Shown here: piece by piece, positions 48,384 to 58,032 of the stretch
How positions within the stretch are numbered: position 1 is the first letter of the stretch
How the letters are laid out: each line of letters starts with the position of its first letter
Virus record (IMG/VR): IMGVR_UViG_3300026269_000197
Span: 1 to 60,579 of that record
Direction: 5' to 3' (one strand)
Source of the DNA: a virus
Lineage: Duplodnaviria; Caudoviricetes
DNA: 60,579 nucleotides
Program-made: the position numbers and the translations under genes
Notes under the pieces: generated by a model
What the model was told of the DNA's origin: nothing
The model's input: only the letters and a program-made list of their open reading frames with translations
Database searches by the model: none

Positions 48384-50579
48384 ATGGCATTATCAATAAC
48401 AGATTTTAAAGTAACCTGGAGAGGTGCTTGGAGAGATAAGGAAAGCTACAAGAAAAATGATGTAGTTTACTGGAGAGGTAAATCTTATAGATGTATTGAA
48501 GATACACCTATGAATTATACTATTTCTTCTGAAGCAATGATTAATACTAACTCGTATGGTCAATATCAACCTACGATTAGAAAAAGAAGCTATAGACCAG
48601 ATGACAGAAGATACTGGACATTATTACTAGCAGGTAACGATAACATTGAAACTTGGCAATATTGGAGACAATATGAAAGAGGCGAAATGGTTAAAGTTGC
48701 TGACAAAATTTATCTTTGTTTACAAAGAACAAGATATTGTAATACTTGGGTAGAAGAACACGATGGAAGACCATCAAAATATTGGGAACTAATTTACATA
48801 AACGAAAACAAGTGGTGTACAAGAAACGAAGTTGTATCATTTAACAACCGAGCTCCGTTAGGTTGGAGATACAATATGGGAGTTTCACACACAGGTTGCT
48901 CAGACCAATCATATAGAACTTGTACTTTATGTTCAGATGGTTCTGATATGTGGGTTGGTTCTTCTGACAATACCTCATCTTCAGGATTAGGAGAAGGTAC
49001 TGCTGGAAATGACGAACCTGCAAAACATATGTCAACAGGTTTCACATTTACAGATTGGATGGCGTCAACAGATAATCAATCTTGGAATATTAATGCAACA
49101 GGAAGAATGACTACTCCTGATGGTAAAGCTCCAAGAGTTATCCAAGTTTCAAAAAATTATAACAGAACATATTGGTTGTTTAACAATGGTGAAGTATATG
49201 CTTCAGGTAACAATGGAAATTATTCTTTAGGAAATTCAGAAACAACAGATAGACCTTATGCAGTTAGGGTAACGGCAAACGATACGCAAGACTGGCAAGG
49301 TAATACAATTGGAAAAACATATAACCAAACTAGAATGGTTAAAGTAGGATTTTCAGACGAGGCACACGATAGTGGTACTACTTCTAATTGGTCATTAGGA
49401 TCAGATGGAAGTGTATGGGTTTGGGGTTACAATAACAACGGTCAATTAGGACTTGGTAATCCTTCAATTAATAACTCAACAGATACTACTGGTGGACCAA
49501 CTTCAACTGCTTTCTATAGTGCCAATATTCCTAGACCAGTAAGATTACCACAATCATATTTTGATGGAAGAAGAATTGTAGATATGTGGTCTTCAGGTTC
49601 AGAAGAATGTTGGTTCCACGCACTTGACGATACAGGTCAACTATGGGCGTGGGGACATAACCAATACGGTGAATTAGGAGTAGGTAACAGAAATGGAACT
49701 TATTACTATACAAAACCTACAAGAGTTGGAATTAACTGGAACAGATACGGTGGAATAAAATTATACAAATCAACTTGGTCAAACGGTGGAAACTCTTCTA
49801 CACACATTTTAGATGGTGAAGGATATATGTGGTTCACAGGTTATACAACTTCAGGCGCTTGGCCGATAGGTTCTCCTGGCTATACAGATACGCACCATAT
49901 TGGTTCGTTCAGAAGAGAAGGTCACTTTATAAATGGTGATATTGACTTCTTCTGGTGTGGTGGAGATGAAAACAAATGGTTGTATTTAAGACAAAAATCA
50001 ACAGGTATGCTATGGGTACACGATGGTAACTATGGAACTTATGGTGGTCGTGGACAATCAGTAGAAAGTAATGGATACTGGTATTCTTCAGGTGGTCACC
50101 CAGGAAGTTTCATACATCAAAAAGGTCCTAAATGGGCGGTTAATGTATGTGATGTAGGTATGAGTAGAGCTGATGGTTCTTATATGTACTCTTTCCCAAT
50201 GATACTTGATGACGAAGGAATTATATGGGGTGGTGCTCCATATTCAAACGATGAACACGGTTTAGGTGGAGACTCAAGTAATAATGACCAATACACTAAT
50301 GGTGGTCGTAATGACACGCAAGGTGCTATGGAAGACAATGAAATGTTTAGAACAAGAAAAAGAATTGTATTCCAACCTGCAGGTGGTCATAGATGGACAG
50401 ATTTATTCTATTCAGGAACTGGTTCTTCAAACATACCAAGAGCTCTTAACCAAAGAGGTCAGGTATACTGGTGTGGATATGATGGTGGATCTTCGGTAAC
50501 TCAACACTATGACTATTATGGTGAAGGTGCTAATAGTAACCAAACTGCTTACTTCTTCCACTTGGGTCCTAGAGACTAA
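48384..50579 (+). CDS. RCC1/BLIP-II repeat beta-propeller virion protein 3
   Basis: GSVWVWGYNNNGQLG and GQLWAWGHNQYGELG repeats. Confidence 0.8.
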   Translation: MALSITDFKVTWRGAWRDKESYKKNDVVYWRGKSYRCIEDTPMNYTISSEAMINTNSYGQYQPTIRKRSYRPDDRRYWTLLLAGNDNIETWQYWRQYERGEMVKVADKIYLCLQRTRYCNTWVEEHDGRPSKYWELIYINENKWCTRNEVVSFNNRAPLGWRYNMGVSHTGCSDQSYRTCTLCSDGSDMWVGSSDNTSSSGLGEGTAGNDEPAKHMSTGFTFTDWMASTDNQSWNINATGRMTTPDGKAPRVIQVSKNYNRTYWLFNNGEVYASGNNGNYSLGNSETTDRPYAVRVTANDTQDWQGNTIGKTYNQTRMVKVGFSDEAHDSGTTSNWSLGSDGSVWVWGYNNNGQLGLGNPSINNSTDTTGGPTSTAFYSANIPRPVRLPQSYFDGRRIVDMWSSGSEECWFHALDDTGQLWAWGHNQYGELGVGNRNGTYYYTKPTRVGINWNRYGGIKLYKSTWSNGGNSSTHILDGEGYMWFTGYTTSGAWPIGSPGYTDTHHIGSFRREGHFINGDIDFFWCGGDENKWLYLRQKSTGMLWVHDGNYGTYGGRGQSVESNGYWYSSGGHPGSFIHQKGPKWAVNVCDVGMSRADGSYMYSFPMILDDEGIIWGGAPYSNDEHGLGGDSSNNDQYTNGGRNDTQGAMEDNEMFRTRKRIVFQPAGGHRWTDLFYSGTGSSNIPRALNQRGQVYWCGYDGGSSVTQHYDYYGEGANSNQTAYFFHLGPRD

Positions 50580-50587
50580 CATAAATA
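50580..50587 (+). promoter_or_regulatory. late-promoter variant before the bilin cassette
   Basis: CATAAATA, one mismatch to TATAAATA. Confidence 0.45.
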
Positions 50588-50642
50588 CTATATTATAGAC
50601 CTGCTTTACTATGGGTCACTATATAACAACTTGGAGTGAAAA

Positions 50643-51449
50643 ATGAAAGACCTAGAAACCTTTATTGAAAAGGCACGAAACAACTATGAATCAATGGATT
50701 TCATAGTAGATTACAACAACAATAAACTCATCAAAGAAGTTAAAGGAACTTACTTTTATAATCAATGGTTGGTTATAAATCAGTTAGAACATTTAACTTT
50801 AGAAATCACTAAAGACTTTCCCGAAATAAACATAAGAGAAAAGCTATATGAGGCATTTAAACAAGAATGGCCTTATGAAGCTGATGATATTTCAAAACCT
50901 TGGGTAGAACCATCAATGATGTATGGTACCGAAGTATGGGTAAATCATTTAAAACCTTTAAAAGATACTCCACACAAACTAGTTGCTCAACTATACGCTA
51001 CTCATAGCGAAATACATAAAAATCAAAAATCTTCTATATTAGTTGACAAGTTAAAAACTTTATTTGAAAAATATTACAAAGACCATAAAGAAGAAATGTT
51101 AGAGGAAGTTAAAATGTCTTGGGATTTTAAAAGAGGTTTAGTACAAGATTTAATGGCACACCAAGAACATATGGAAGAGGTCTTACCTAGAATTGCTTTA
51201 TTCAAAATTGGTGCAAAAGAAATAATGGAAGATAAATCAGGTATTAATAATATGTCTGCTGGTAATAGAGACGAAACAGAAGATATGAAAGTAAGAGCAG
51301 AATTAATGAAAAATGCGGTTACTATGAGAGAAATGGATGTTGATGATTTGCCAGAAGAATATAAAGATTATGTTAACGAAGATATAAAGGCAGAACAACA
51401 AAAGAAAGATGAACTAGATAAAAAATTTAAAGAAGCACCAAAAAGATGA
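50643..51449 (+). CDS. degenerate heme oxygenase-like protein
   Basis: Aligns by eye with the adjacent HO (YFYNQW/YLFNQH; PHKLVAQLYATH/PEKIAAHIYVRH) but lacks the proximal His and GDLSGG. Confidence 0.55.
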   Translation: MKDLETFIEKARNNYESMDFIVDYNNNKLIKEVKGTYFYNQWLVINQLEHLTLEITKDFPEINIREKLYEAFKQEWPYEADDISKPWVEPSMMYGTEVWVNHLKPLKDTPHKLVAQLYATHSEIHKNQKSSILVDKLKTLFEKYYKDHKEEMLEEVKMSWDFKRGLVQDLMAHQEHMEEVLPRIALFKIGAKEIMEDKSGINNMSAGNRDETEDMKVRAELMKNAVTMREMDVDDLPEEYKDYVNEDIKAEQQKKDELDKKFKEAPKR

Positions 51450-52102
51450 AGACATTAAAAGAACTTACTTGGGAACATCATAAAGAAGCTGAACGCCAAG
51501 GATTTGTAAAAACAATTATGTCAGGTAAAATAAATCCTGAAATATATGGTATCTATCTTTTCAATCAACATCAATGTTATAATATGTTAGAAGCGTTAGC
51601 AATGTCAGAAGGTATCTTTGATGATATGCCTGAATTGAGACGAGCACCATCTATCAAAGCAGACTTTGATGAATTGTGGACATATAATTGGAAACCACCA
51701 TTGATGGAATCTACAAGTAAATATTTGGATTATATTAATAAAAATTTAATGGATAATCCAGAAAAAATAGCTGCTCACATTTATGTAAGACATATGGGAG
51801 ATTTATCTGGTGGTCAAATGATAAGAAAAAAGATACCAGGTCAAGGAAAATATTATCAATTTAATATTAGATATGTTGAAGGTAGAAATCAACCATATAA
51901 AAACATTAAAGAATTAAAAGAAGCATTAAGAACTAAAGTGGATAGTTATCAAAAGTATTCAGACCAAAGTACTATATCTGAAAATATTAATAGTGTTGTT
52001 TATGAAGCAAGAATATGTTTTGGATTTGCAACAGATTTATTTAAAGATATGAAAAAATTTATTGAACAAAACGAAAAGAGGTTTGGTGATGGCAATTTAT
52101 AA
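51446..52102 (+). CDS. hemO: heme oxygenase
   Basis: LKELTWEHHKEAE proximal His and AHIYVRHMGDLSGGQ distal helix. Confidence 0.93.
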   Translation: MKTLKELTWEHHKEAERQGFVKTIMSGKINPEIYGIYLFNQHQCYNMLEALAMSEGIFDDMPELRRAPSIKADFDELWTYNWKPPLMESTSKYLDYINKNLMDNPEKIAAHIYVRHMGDLSGGQMIRKKIPGQGKYYQFNIRYVEGRNQPYKNIKELKEALRTKVDSYQKYSDQSTISENINSVVYEARICFGFATDLFKDMKKFIEQNEKRFGDGNL

Positions 52103-52796
52103 ACGAAGTAGAATATGGCAGATGTTAGAAGAAACTACTAACTATCTTACAGCAGTTTTTGATAGAGAAGGTAAAGAAATATTTGAACCAACTATGGAAA
52201 AATTTAATCGTCCAAAAGACGGTTGGGTTAATAGAGTATGGGAAACACCAGAAGCGAGAAGATGTCATTTAGATGTTGTAGACGCAAGAGGAACAAAAGG
52301 TTTATATATGTTTCATTGTTGTGTATTTCCAAAACTAACACACCCAGGTCCAATATATGGACTTGATGTTATTGCTGGTGCAAAAAAGGTTACAGGTTTC
52401 TTCCACGACTTTTCTCCACTTGCAAAGAGAGACCATTCAATGGTTGATTGGTTTGTGAAAGAAGCAAGTAATTATAAACCATCTAAAGTACGAGAACTAC
52501 CTGATTGGGCAATGAAAATTTTTAGTCCTGGTATGGTTGCTGCTAGTAATATAACACAAGAAAAAGAATTAAATGCCGCTTTAAGTTTAGCACAAACTAA
52601 TTTAGGTGCTTACTTTACATTATTAAGACGAGAAAAAGGAGAAGGAAATATACAAGAAATAAAAGACGCACAAAACAGATACGCAAAACATCAAAGAGAA
52701 AATCCTCATACGCCTAGAGTAATGAAGTCTTTAGGATTAAAAGATGAAGATGTTGAAGAATTTTGTACAAACGCATTATTTCCTTATGTTGAATAA
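52089..52796 (+). CDS. pcyX: ferredoxin-dependent bilin reductase (PcyX/PcyA type)
   Basis: [53 protein letters not shown]. Position between hemO and hemA matches described phage pcyX cassettes. Confidence 0.8.
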   Translation: MAIYKRSRIWQMLEETTNYLTAVFDREGKEIFEPTMEKFNRPKDGWVNRVWETPEARRCHLDVVDARGTKGLYMFHCCVFPKLTHPGPIYGLDVIAGAKKVTGFFHDFSPLAKRDHSMVDWFVKEASNYKPSKVRELPDWAMKIFSPGMVAASNITQEKELNAALSLAQTNLGAYFTLLRREKGEGNIQEIKDAQNRYAKHQRENPHTPRVMKSLGLKDEDVEEFCTNALFPYVE

Positions 52797-53998
52797 TGGA
52801 ACATTTAGATAAATTTAAACAGGTCATAGACGATTATAAATCAGATGGAAGATATAGAACTTTTAATGATATTATAAGAACAAGAGGAAAGTATCCTCAC
52901 GCCATTTGGTATTCAAAATACTCAATCAAAAATATTGTCAATTGGTGTTCCAACGATTATCTTGGAATGGGACAACATAACTATGTCATAGACTCTATGA
53001 AAACAGCACTTGAAACGAGCGGAGCGGGTGCTGGAGGGACAAGAAACATATCAGGCACTACTCACTATCATAATGCTCTGGAACGAGAACTAGCGTCTCT
53101 CCATAAGAAAGAAAAAGCATTATTATTTACTTCTGCTTATAATGCCAATCAAACAACTTTAGAAACAATGGGTAAGGTTATGCCTGATTTATTGTTTATA
53201 TCAGACGCACAAAATCATTCTTCTATCATACAAGGTTTACGCCATAGTAGATGTAGAAAAGAAATATTTAAACATAATGATTTAGATGATTTAGAAAGTA
53301 TTTTAAAATCTGAACCAGGTCCTAAATGTGTAGTATTTGAAAGTGTATATTCTATGGACGGAGATATTGCTCCTGTAAAAGAAATAGCTGACTTATGTAA
53401 AAAGTATAATGCAATTTCTTATATTGATGAAGTACACGCTGTTGGTCTTTATGGAAAAGAAGGTGCTGGAATATGTGAAAGAGATAATGTAGAAGTTGAT
53501 ATAATAAATGGAACATTAGCAAAGGCGTTCGGTGTACAAGGTGGATACATCGCAGGAAAGAGAGAGTTTATTGACACAATAAGAAGTATGGCTAGTGCTT
53601 TTATTTTTACAACTTCTGTAAGTCCAGTTATTTGTGCTGGTGCTTTAACGAGTGTTAAGTATGTTAGAGACCATCCTGAATTAAGAGATAAGATACACGA
53701 AAGAGCAAACAAAACAAAAGAAGAACTTGAAAGACAAGGAATAGAAGTTATGAAAAATGATAGTCATATTGTTCCTGTTATTATTGGAGAAGCTAAAAGA
53801 TGTAAAGCAGTATCAGATGAATTACTTTACAAAGAAGGTATCTATGTACAACCTATCAATTGGCCAACGGTTGCTGTAGGTACTGAAAGATTAAGATTTA
53901 CTCCAACTCCATTTCATACAGATAATTTGATATTTGATATGGTAGTTAAAGTCAAAGCTGCTATTAAAAGATGTGGAAAGAAACTGAATTATGATTGA
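52796..53998 (+). CDS. hemA: 5-aminolevulinate synthase
   Basis: [50 protein letters not shown] (PLP Lys), [10 protein letters not shown]. Confidence 0.95.
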   Translation: MEHLDKFKQVIDDYKSDGRYRTFNDIIRTRGKYPHAIWYSKYSIKNIVNWCSNDYLGMGQHNYVIDSMKTALETSGAGAGGTRNISGTTHYHNALERELASLHKKEKALLFTSAYNANQTTLETMGKVMPDLLFISDAQNHSSIIQGLRHSRCRKEIFKHNDLDDLESILKSEPGPKCVVFESVYSMDGDIAPVKEIADLCKKYNAISYIDEVHAVGLYGKEGAGICERDNVEVDIINGTLAKAFGVQGGYIAGKREFIDTIRSMASAFIFTTSVSPVICAGALTSVKYVRDHPELRDKIHERANKTKEELERQGIEVMKNDSHIVPVIIGEAKRCKAVSDELLYKEGIYVQPINWPTVAVGTERLRFTPTPFHTDNLIFDMVVKVKAAIKRCGKKLNYD

Positions 53999-54170
53999 TA
54001 AAATTATAGCTGATGGTGGAGATGGATTAGATGTCCTAATATATTGTCTAAAACACGAACCTTTTATACAAGGAATTATATTATTTGGTCTGTTTTTAGC
54101 GATATTTTCTTGGTACTATGATAATAAAGTAGATGATAAGGCCGTTTGGTCAAATAACGACCATCTATAA
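53991..54170 (+). CDS. small membrane protein (59 aa)
   Basis: Hand-translated [46 protein letters not shown]...; overlaps the hemA stop. Confidence 0.55.
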   Translation: MIDKIIADGGDGLDVLIYCLKHEPFIQGIILFGLFLAIFSWYYDNKVDDKAVWSNNDHL

Positions 54171-54172
54171 AT

Positions 54173-54180
54173 TATAAATA
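54173..54180 (+). promoter_or_regulatory. T4-type late promoter
   Basis: TATAAATA upstream of gp13. Confidence 0.8.
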
Positions 54181-54206
54181 TAGCAAAGAATTAGAAGGAA
54201 ATAACT

Positions 54207-55010
54207 ATGGCTCAACCTAATACAAGACAGACATTAATCTCTTATGCTAAAAGAGCATTGGGGCATCCTGTTATAGAGATAAATGTTGATGATGACCAAA
54301 TAGATGATAGAGTAGATGAGGCGCTACAATACTGGCAACAATATCACTATGATGGTATCAAAAGAACTTATTTAAAATGGCAATATACACAAGCAGAAAA
54401 AAATAGAATCTTAACTAGTAATAGTGAAGCAGGAACAAAGAATTCTGTAACCTCTACTTGGAAAGAAGATAACAATTATATTGTTGTTCCAGAAACCGTA
54501 TTTTCGGTTACAAATATATTTCCTTTTTCAAACAAAGGTAATTTAAACTTATTTGATGTTAGATACCAATTAAGATTAAATGACTTATACGATTTCTCAT
54601 CAACTTCTGTTATTAACTATGATGTAGTTATGAGACAATTAGATTTCCTAGACCACATATTAGTTGGTGAAAAACCATTAAGATTTAACCAACACGATAA
54701 TAGATTATACATTGATATGGATTGGGAAAACGATTTAATGATAGATGAATATATTGTTATTGAATGCTACAGAAAAATGGATCCAGACACATATACAGAT
54801 GTCTATAATGATATTTGGTTAAAGAAATATACAACTGCACTAGTTAAAAAACAATGGGGTGCTAATCTATCAAAATTTGCTGGTGTTGCTATGATAGGTG
54901 GTGTAACCTTAAATGGTGAACAAATCTATACACAGGCATTAGCAGATATAGAGAAGTTAGAGGAAGAAATAAAATCTCTACAAGAACACCAAGCACTAAT
55001 GATAGGATAA
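54207..55010 (+). CDS. gp13: neck protein gp13
   Basis: LG.PVIEINVDDDQI.DR.DEAL, WLKKY.TAL.K.QWG.NLSKF, GGVTLNG. Confidence 0.92.
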   Translation: MAQPNTRQTLISYAKRALGHPVIEINVDDDQIDDRVDEALQYWQQYHYDGIKRTYLKWQYTQAEKNRILTSNSEAGTKNSVTSTWKEDNNYIVVPETVFSVTNIFPFSNKGNLNLFDVRYQLRLNDLYDFSSTSVINYDVVMRQLDFLDHILVGEKPLRFNQHDNRLYIDMDWENDLMIDEYIVIECYRKMDPDTYTDVYNDIWLKKYTTALVKKQWGANLSKFAGVAMIGGVTLNGEQIYTQALADIEKLEEEIKSLQEHQALMIG

Positions 55011-55017
55011 AAATAAA

Positions 55018-55857
55018 ATGGCCGTTAATCATTATTTTCAAGGCGGCGATGGCATAGGTAGTCAAAGTGAGAAAAGATTAATAGAAGATTTAATCGTAGA
55101 GAATTTAAAAATCTATGGACACGCTGTTTATTATTTACCGAGAACTCTAGTTAATAGAGATTTAATTCTTGGTGAGGATTCTGCGTCTAGGTTTGACGAC
55201 TCGTATCTAGTAGAAATGTATTTTGACACACCACAAGGGTTTGCTGGTGAAGAAGAAATAATTAGTAAGTTTGGATTAGAAGTAAGAGACGATACAACTT
55301 TCGTTATTGCTAAAAGAAGATTCCAAGAACAAGTAGATGACCCAGCAAACCTAATGGTGGATGGCAGACCTAATGAAGGTGATGTTATTTACTATCCTTT
55401 AATGAATAGGTTTTTTGAAATTGCGTTTGTTGAAGACCAGGAACCTTTCTTTCAATTAGGAAATTTACCTGTCTATAAATTAAGATGTAAAACATTTGAA
55501 TACTCTAGTGAAGAATTTAATACAGGTCACGCTGACATTGACCAAGCTGATGATAGAAAATCACTTGATACATCTTTGGCACACCAGTTTAGACTTGAAG
55601 ATGGTACATTAAATCAATCTTCTTATAGTGGTTTCTTACAATTAGAAACAGGAGATAAACACGGTAATCCTTGTTATTTAATTAATGAAGATTGGGACGA
55701 CACTACAACTGATGGAGACGCTGCTGAAAGTGTACAAACAAAATCTGCTTATGCTGATAATTTAGATTTAGATTCAGCTGCTGGTTTTGATACTGCAACG
55801 GTTAATGATGATATACTTGACTTTACAGAAAACAATCCATTTGGAGAAGTTAAATAA
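55018..55857 (+). CDS. gp14: neck protein gp14
   Basis: E.LKIYG..VYYLPR, SKFGL, RPNEGD.IY, EPFFQLG, FEYSSE, DFTE.NPFGE. Confidence 0.92.
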   Translation: MAVNHYFQGGDGIGSQSEKRLIEDLIVENLKIYGHAVYYLPRTLVNRDLILGEDSASRFDDSYLVEMYFDTPQGFAGEEEIISKFGLEVRDDTTFVIAKRRFQEQVDDPANLMVDGRPNEGDVIYYPLMNRFFEIAFVEDQEPFFQLGNLPVYKLRCKTFEYSSEEFNTGHADIDQADDRKSLDTSLAHQFRLEDGTLNQSSYSGFLQLETGDKHGNPCYLINEDWDDTTTDGDAAESVQTKSAYADNLDLDSAAGFDTATVNDDILDFTENNPFGEVK

Positions 55858-56024
55858 TGGAAAGAGATAGACATAAACAACTAGTAGAACATACTAATAG
55901 AATTAATAAAGAAAAAAAAACTTTAGAGTTATCTAAAACTTTAAGAAAAGAAGTTGAGATAGGTGCTACAGGCACACAAAAATATAGATTTAAAAAAGGA
56001 CCTAATAAAGGTAAGGTAGTATAA
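55857..56024 (+). CDS. small basic protein (55 aa)
   Basis: Hand-translated MERDRHKQLVEH...GATGTQKYRFKKGPNKGKVV. TAATG coupling at both ends. Confidence 0.65.
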   Translation: MERDRHKQLVEHTNRINKEKKTLELSKTLRKEVEIGATGTQKYRFKKGPNKGKVV

Positions 56025-56836
56025 TGTTTGGAACTCATTTTTATAACGAAGGTATGAGAAGATTGACTATTGCTTTTGGTCAAATCTTTAATAAGATTGT
56101 TGTACAAACAAAAGACGCAAATGGTTCAGTAGTTAAAAGATTTACGGTGCCATTAGCATATGCGCCAAAAGAAAAATTTATTGTTAGATTAACTCAACAA
56201 GGTGATTTAACAGATAAACAATTTGCAACGGTACTACCTCGTATGGGATTTGAAATAGAAGGTATAGAATATGACCCTAGTAGAAAGTTAAATAAATTAC
56301 AAAAATTTAGAAAACCAAACACAGATGGTTCTTCTACGGATCAAGCTAATAAAATGGACTTTAACTATACTCCAGTTCCATATAATATAACATATAAATT
56401 GTTTATATTTACAGCAACTGCTGAAAATGGTTTACAAATTTTAGAACAAATAGTACCGTACTTTCAACCAGATTATACGGTTACAATTAATATGGTTCCT
56501 GATTTAGGAATTAAGCGTGATGTTCCAATTGTAATTGGAGACATACAATACGAAGATAGTTATAGTGGAGATTTTGAAACTAGAAGAGCAGTAATATATA
56601 CTATGACCTTTACTGCTAAAACTTATCTATACGGACCTTCTACAACAGCAGGTGTTGTTAGAAAAGTACAAACAGATTTAGGAACTGATTCAGTCAGTAA
56701 GGCAAGAGAAGAAAGAATAGTAATTACTCCTGACCCTACAACAGCAAAACCTGGTGATGATTTTGGATTTACAACAACTATATCATTTTTTGAAGATGGT
56801 AAAAAATATGACCCTTCAAGTGGAAGTGATACATAA
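56024..56836 (+). CDS. gp15: tail sheath stabiliser / completion protein gp15
   Basis: FG..FN, VPLAYAPKEKF, LPRMGFE, PVPYN, QILEQIVPYFQP, FTAKTYLYGP. Confidence 0.92.
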   Translation: MFGTHFYNEGMRRLTIAFGQIFNKIVVQTKDANGSVVKRFTVPLAYAPKEKFIVRLTQQGDLTDKQFATVLPRMGFEIEGIEYDPSRKLNKLQKFRKPNTDGSSTDQANKMDFNYTPVPYNITYKLFIFTATAENGLQILEQIVPYFQPDYTVTINMVPDLGIKRDVPIVIGDIQYEDSYSGDFETRRAVIYTMTFTAKTYLYGPSTTAGVVRKVQTDLGTDSVSKAREERIVITPDPTTAKPGDDFGFTTTISFFEDGKKYDPSSGSDT

Positions 56837-56848
56837 TGAGAGGATACA

Positions 56849-57532
56849 ATGGACGATATTTTATACAAAGAAAACTGCCTACCAGGTAATGTAGCAAATA
56901 GTTTTCAACACAACATATACAGATTAGGTTATATAATCTCTAAAGATATATTAGACCAACAAATGAGCAATCCAGGTATTGTTAAAGATGACAATACATT
57001 TACTACCGTTCAAATGGTACACCGAATCTATTCACACCTAGACCAAAGACCACAAGTTAACCCAGGATTAGAACCAATTAAATATGCTTTGAATATAATG
57101 GTTGAAGGTTTTGGTTATAAAGTAAAAGATATATTAAGATTAAAGTTTAATTGTATGCAACCTCATCCAAATTTCAAAGAAGGTATGTATAACACAGCAC
57201 ACATTGATGACGAAGAAATGGCTCAACATTGGATTTTAATTTACTATCCAATAGATTGTGATGGTGATACTTATTTGTTTAATGAGAAATTTGATAAAAC
57301 AAAGAAACCAGAAAGACTAACTATACATAAACGAATAACACCAAAAGCAAATAGTTGTGTTATGTTTAGAGGAGATAGATTTCACGCAAGTGCTAACCCA
57401 ATGAAAAGTGAAATGAGAATTATATTAAATTGTAATTTTTCTTTATTAGAGAATAAGGATGTGTATAATGAAAATAATAGAGATACAAGTAAAGACCCTT
57501 TCAAAGGAACTAGTATAGAAGGTAAAGACTAA
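56849..57532 (+). CDS. 2OG-Fe(II) oxygenase-fold protein
   Basis: NTAHID...LIYY...DGDT..F...PKAN..VMF.G..FHAS...R.ILN.N. Confidence 0.75.
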   Translation: MDDILYKENCLPGNVANSFQHNIYRLGYIISKDILDQQMSNPGIVKDDNTFTTVQMVHRIYSHLDQRPQVNPGLEPIKYALNIMVEGFGYKVKDILRLKFNCMQPHPNFKEGMYNTAHIDDEEMAQHWILIYYPIDCDGDTYLFNEKFDKTKKPERLTIHKRITPKANSCVMFRGDRFHASANPMKSEMRIILNCNFSLLENKDVYNENNRDTSKDPFKGTSIEGKD

Positions 57533-58032
57533 TGGGAAAATTAGAAGATAAAGTAAATGATATTTTAGGTATTAAGGAAGAAAGTACTCCTGTCGCTGAA
57601 TTAATGGTGCAAGAGAAAAAAGTTCCTGTGCCTAGAAAAGAGGATCCTAAAAAGGACGATATAGATAATGATTACAAATATAGTAGAGAAAACTATTATA
57701 ATTTAATTGAAAGAGGACAAGACGCTATTCAAGGTATATTAGATGTTGCTAAAGAGGGACAACATCCAAGAGCATATGAAGTTGCAGGTGTATTAATTAA
57801 AAATGTAGCTGACACCGTTGATAAATTACAAGACTTACAAACTAAATTATCAAAACTAAAAGAGTTACCTAATAAGACTACTGCTAAGATTCAAAATGCT
57901 TTATTTGTTGGGAGTACTACAGACTTGCAAAAGATGTTGAAAGATAAAAAAATTGTTAAAACAACTTCTGAAAAAATGCAAGACGATTTAGAACCGATTG
58001 TAGTAAACGACAAAGAGAAAAAAGATGATTAA
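57532..58032 (+). CDS. gp16: terminase small subunit gp16
   Basis: DYKYSRENYY.LIE.G, HPRAYEV, NALFVGST.DLQK.L. Confidence 0.92.
   Translation: MGKLEDKVNDILGIKEESTPVAELMVQEKKVPVPRKEDPKKDDIDNDYKYSRENYYNLIERGQDAIQGILDVAKEGQHPRAYEVAGVLIKNVADTVDKLQDLQTKLSKLKELPNKTTAKIQNALFVGSTTDLQKMLKDKKIVKTTSEKMQDDLEPIVVNDKEKKDD

Noticed and set aside
11719-50579. HxH iron-binding motifs in fibre tips (T4 gp37-like)
   Set aside because: No repeated HxH series was seen in the fibre proteins.
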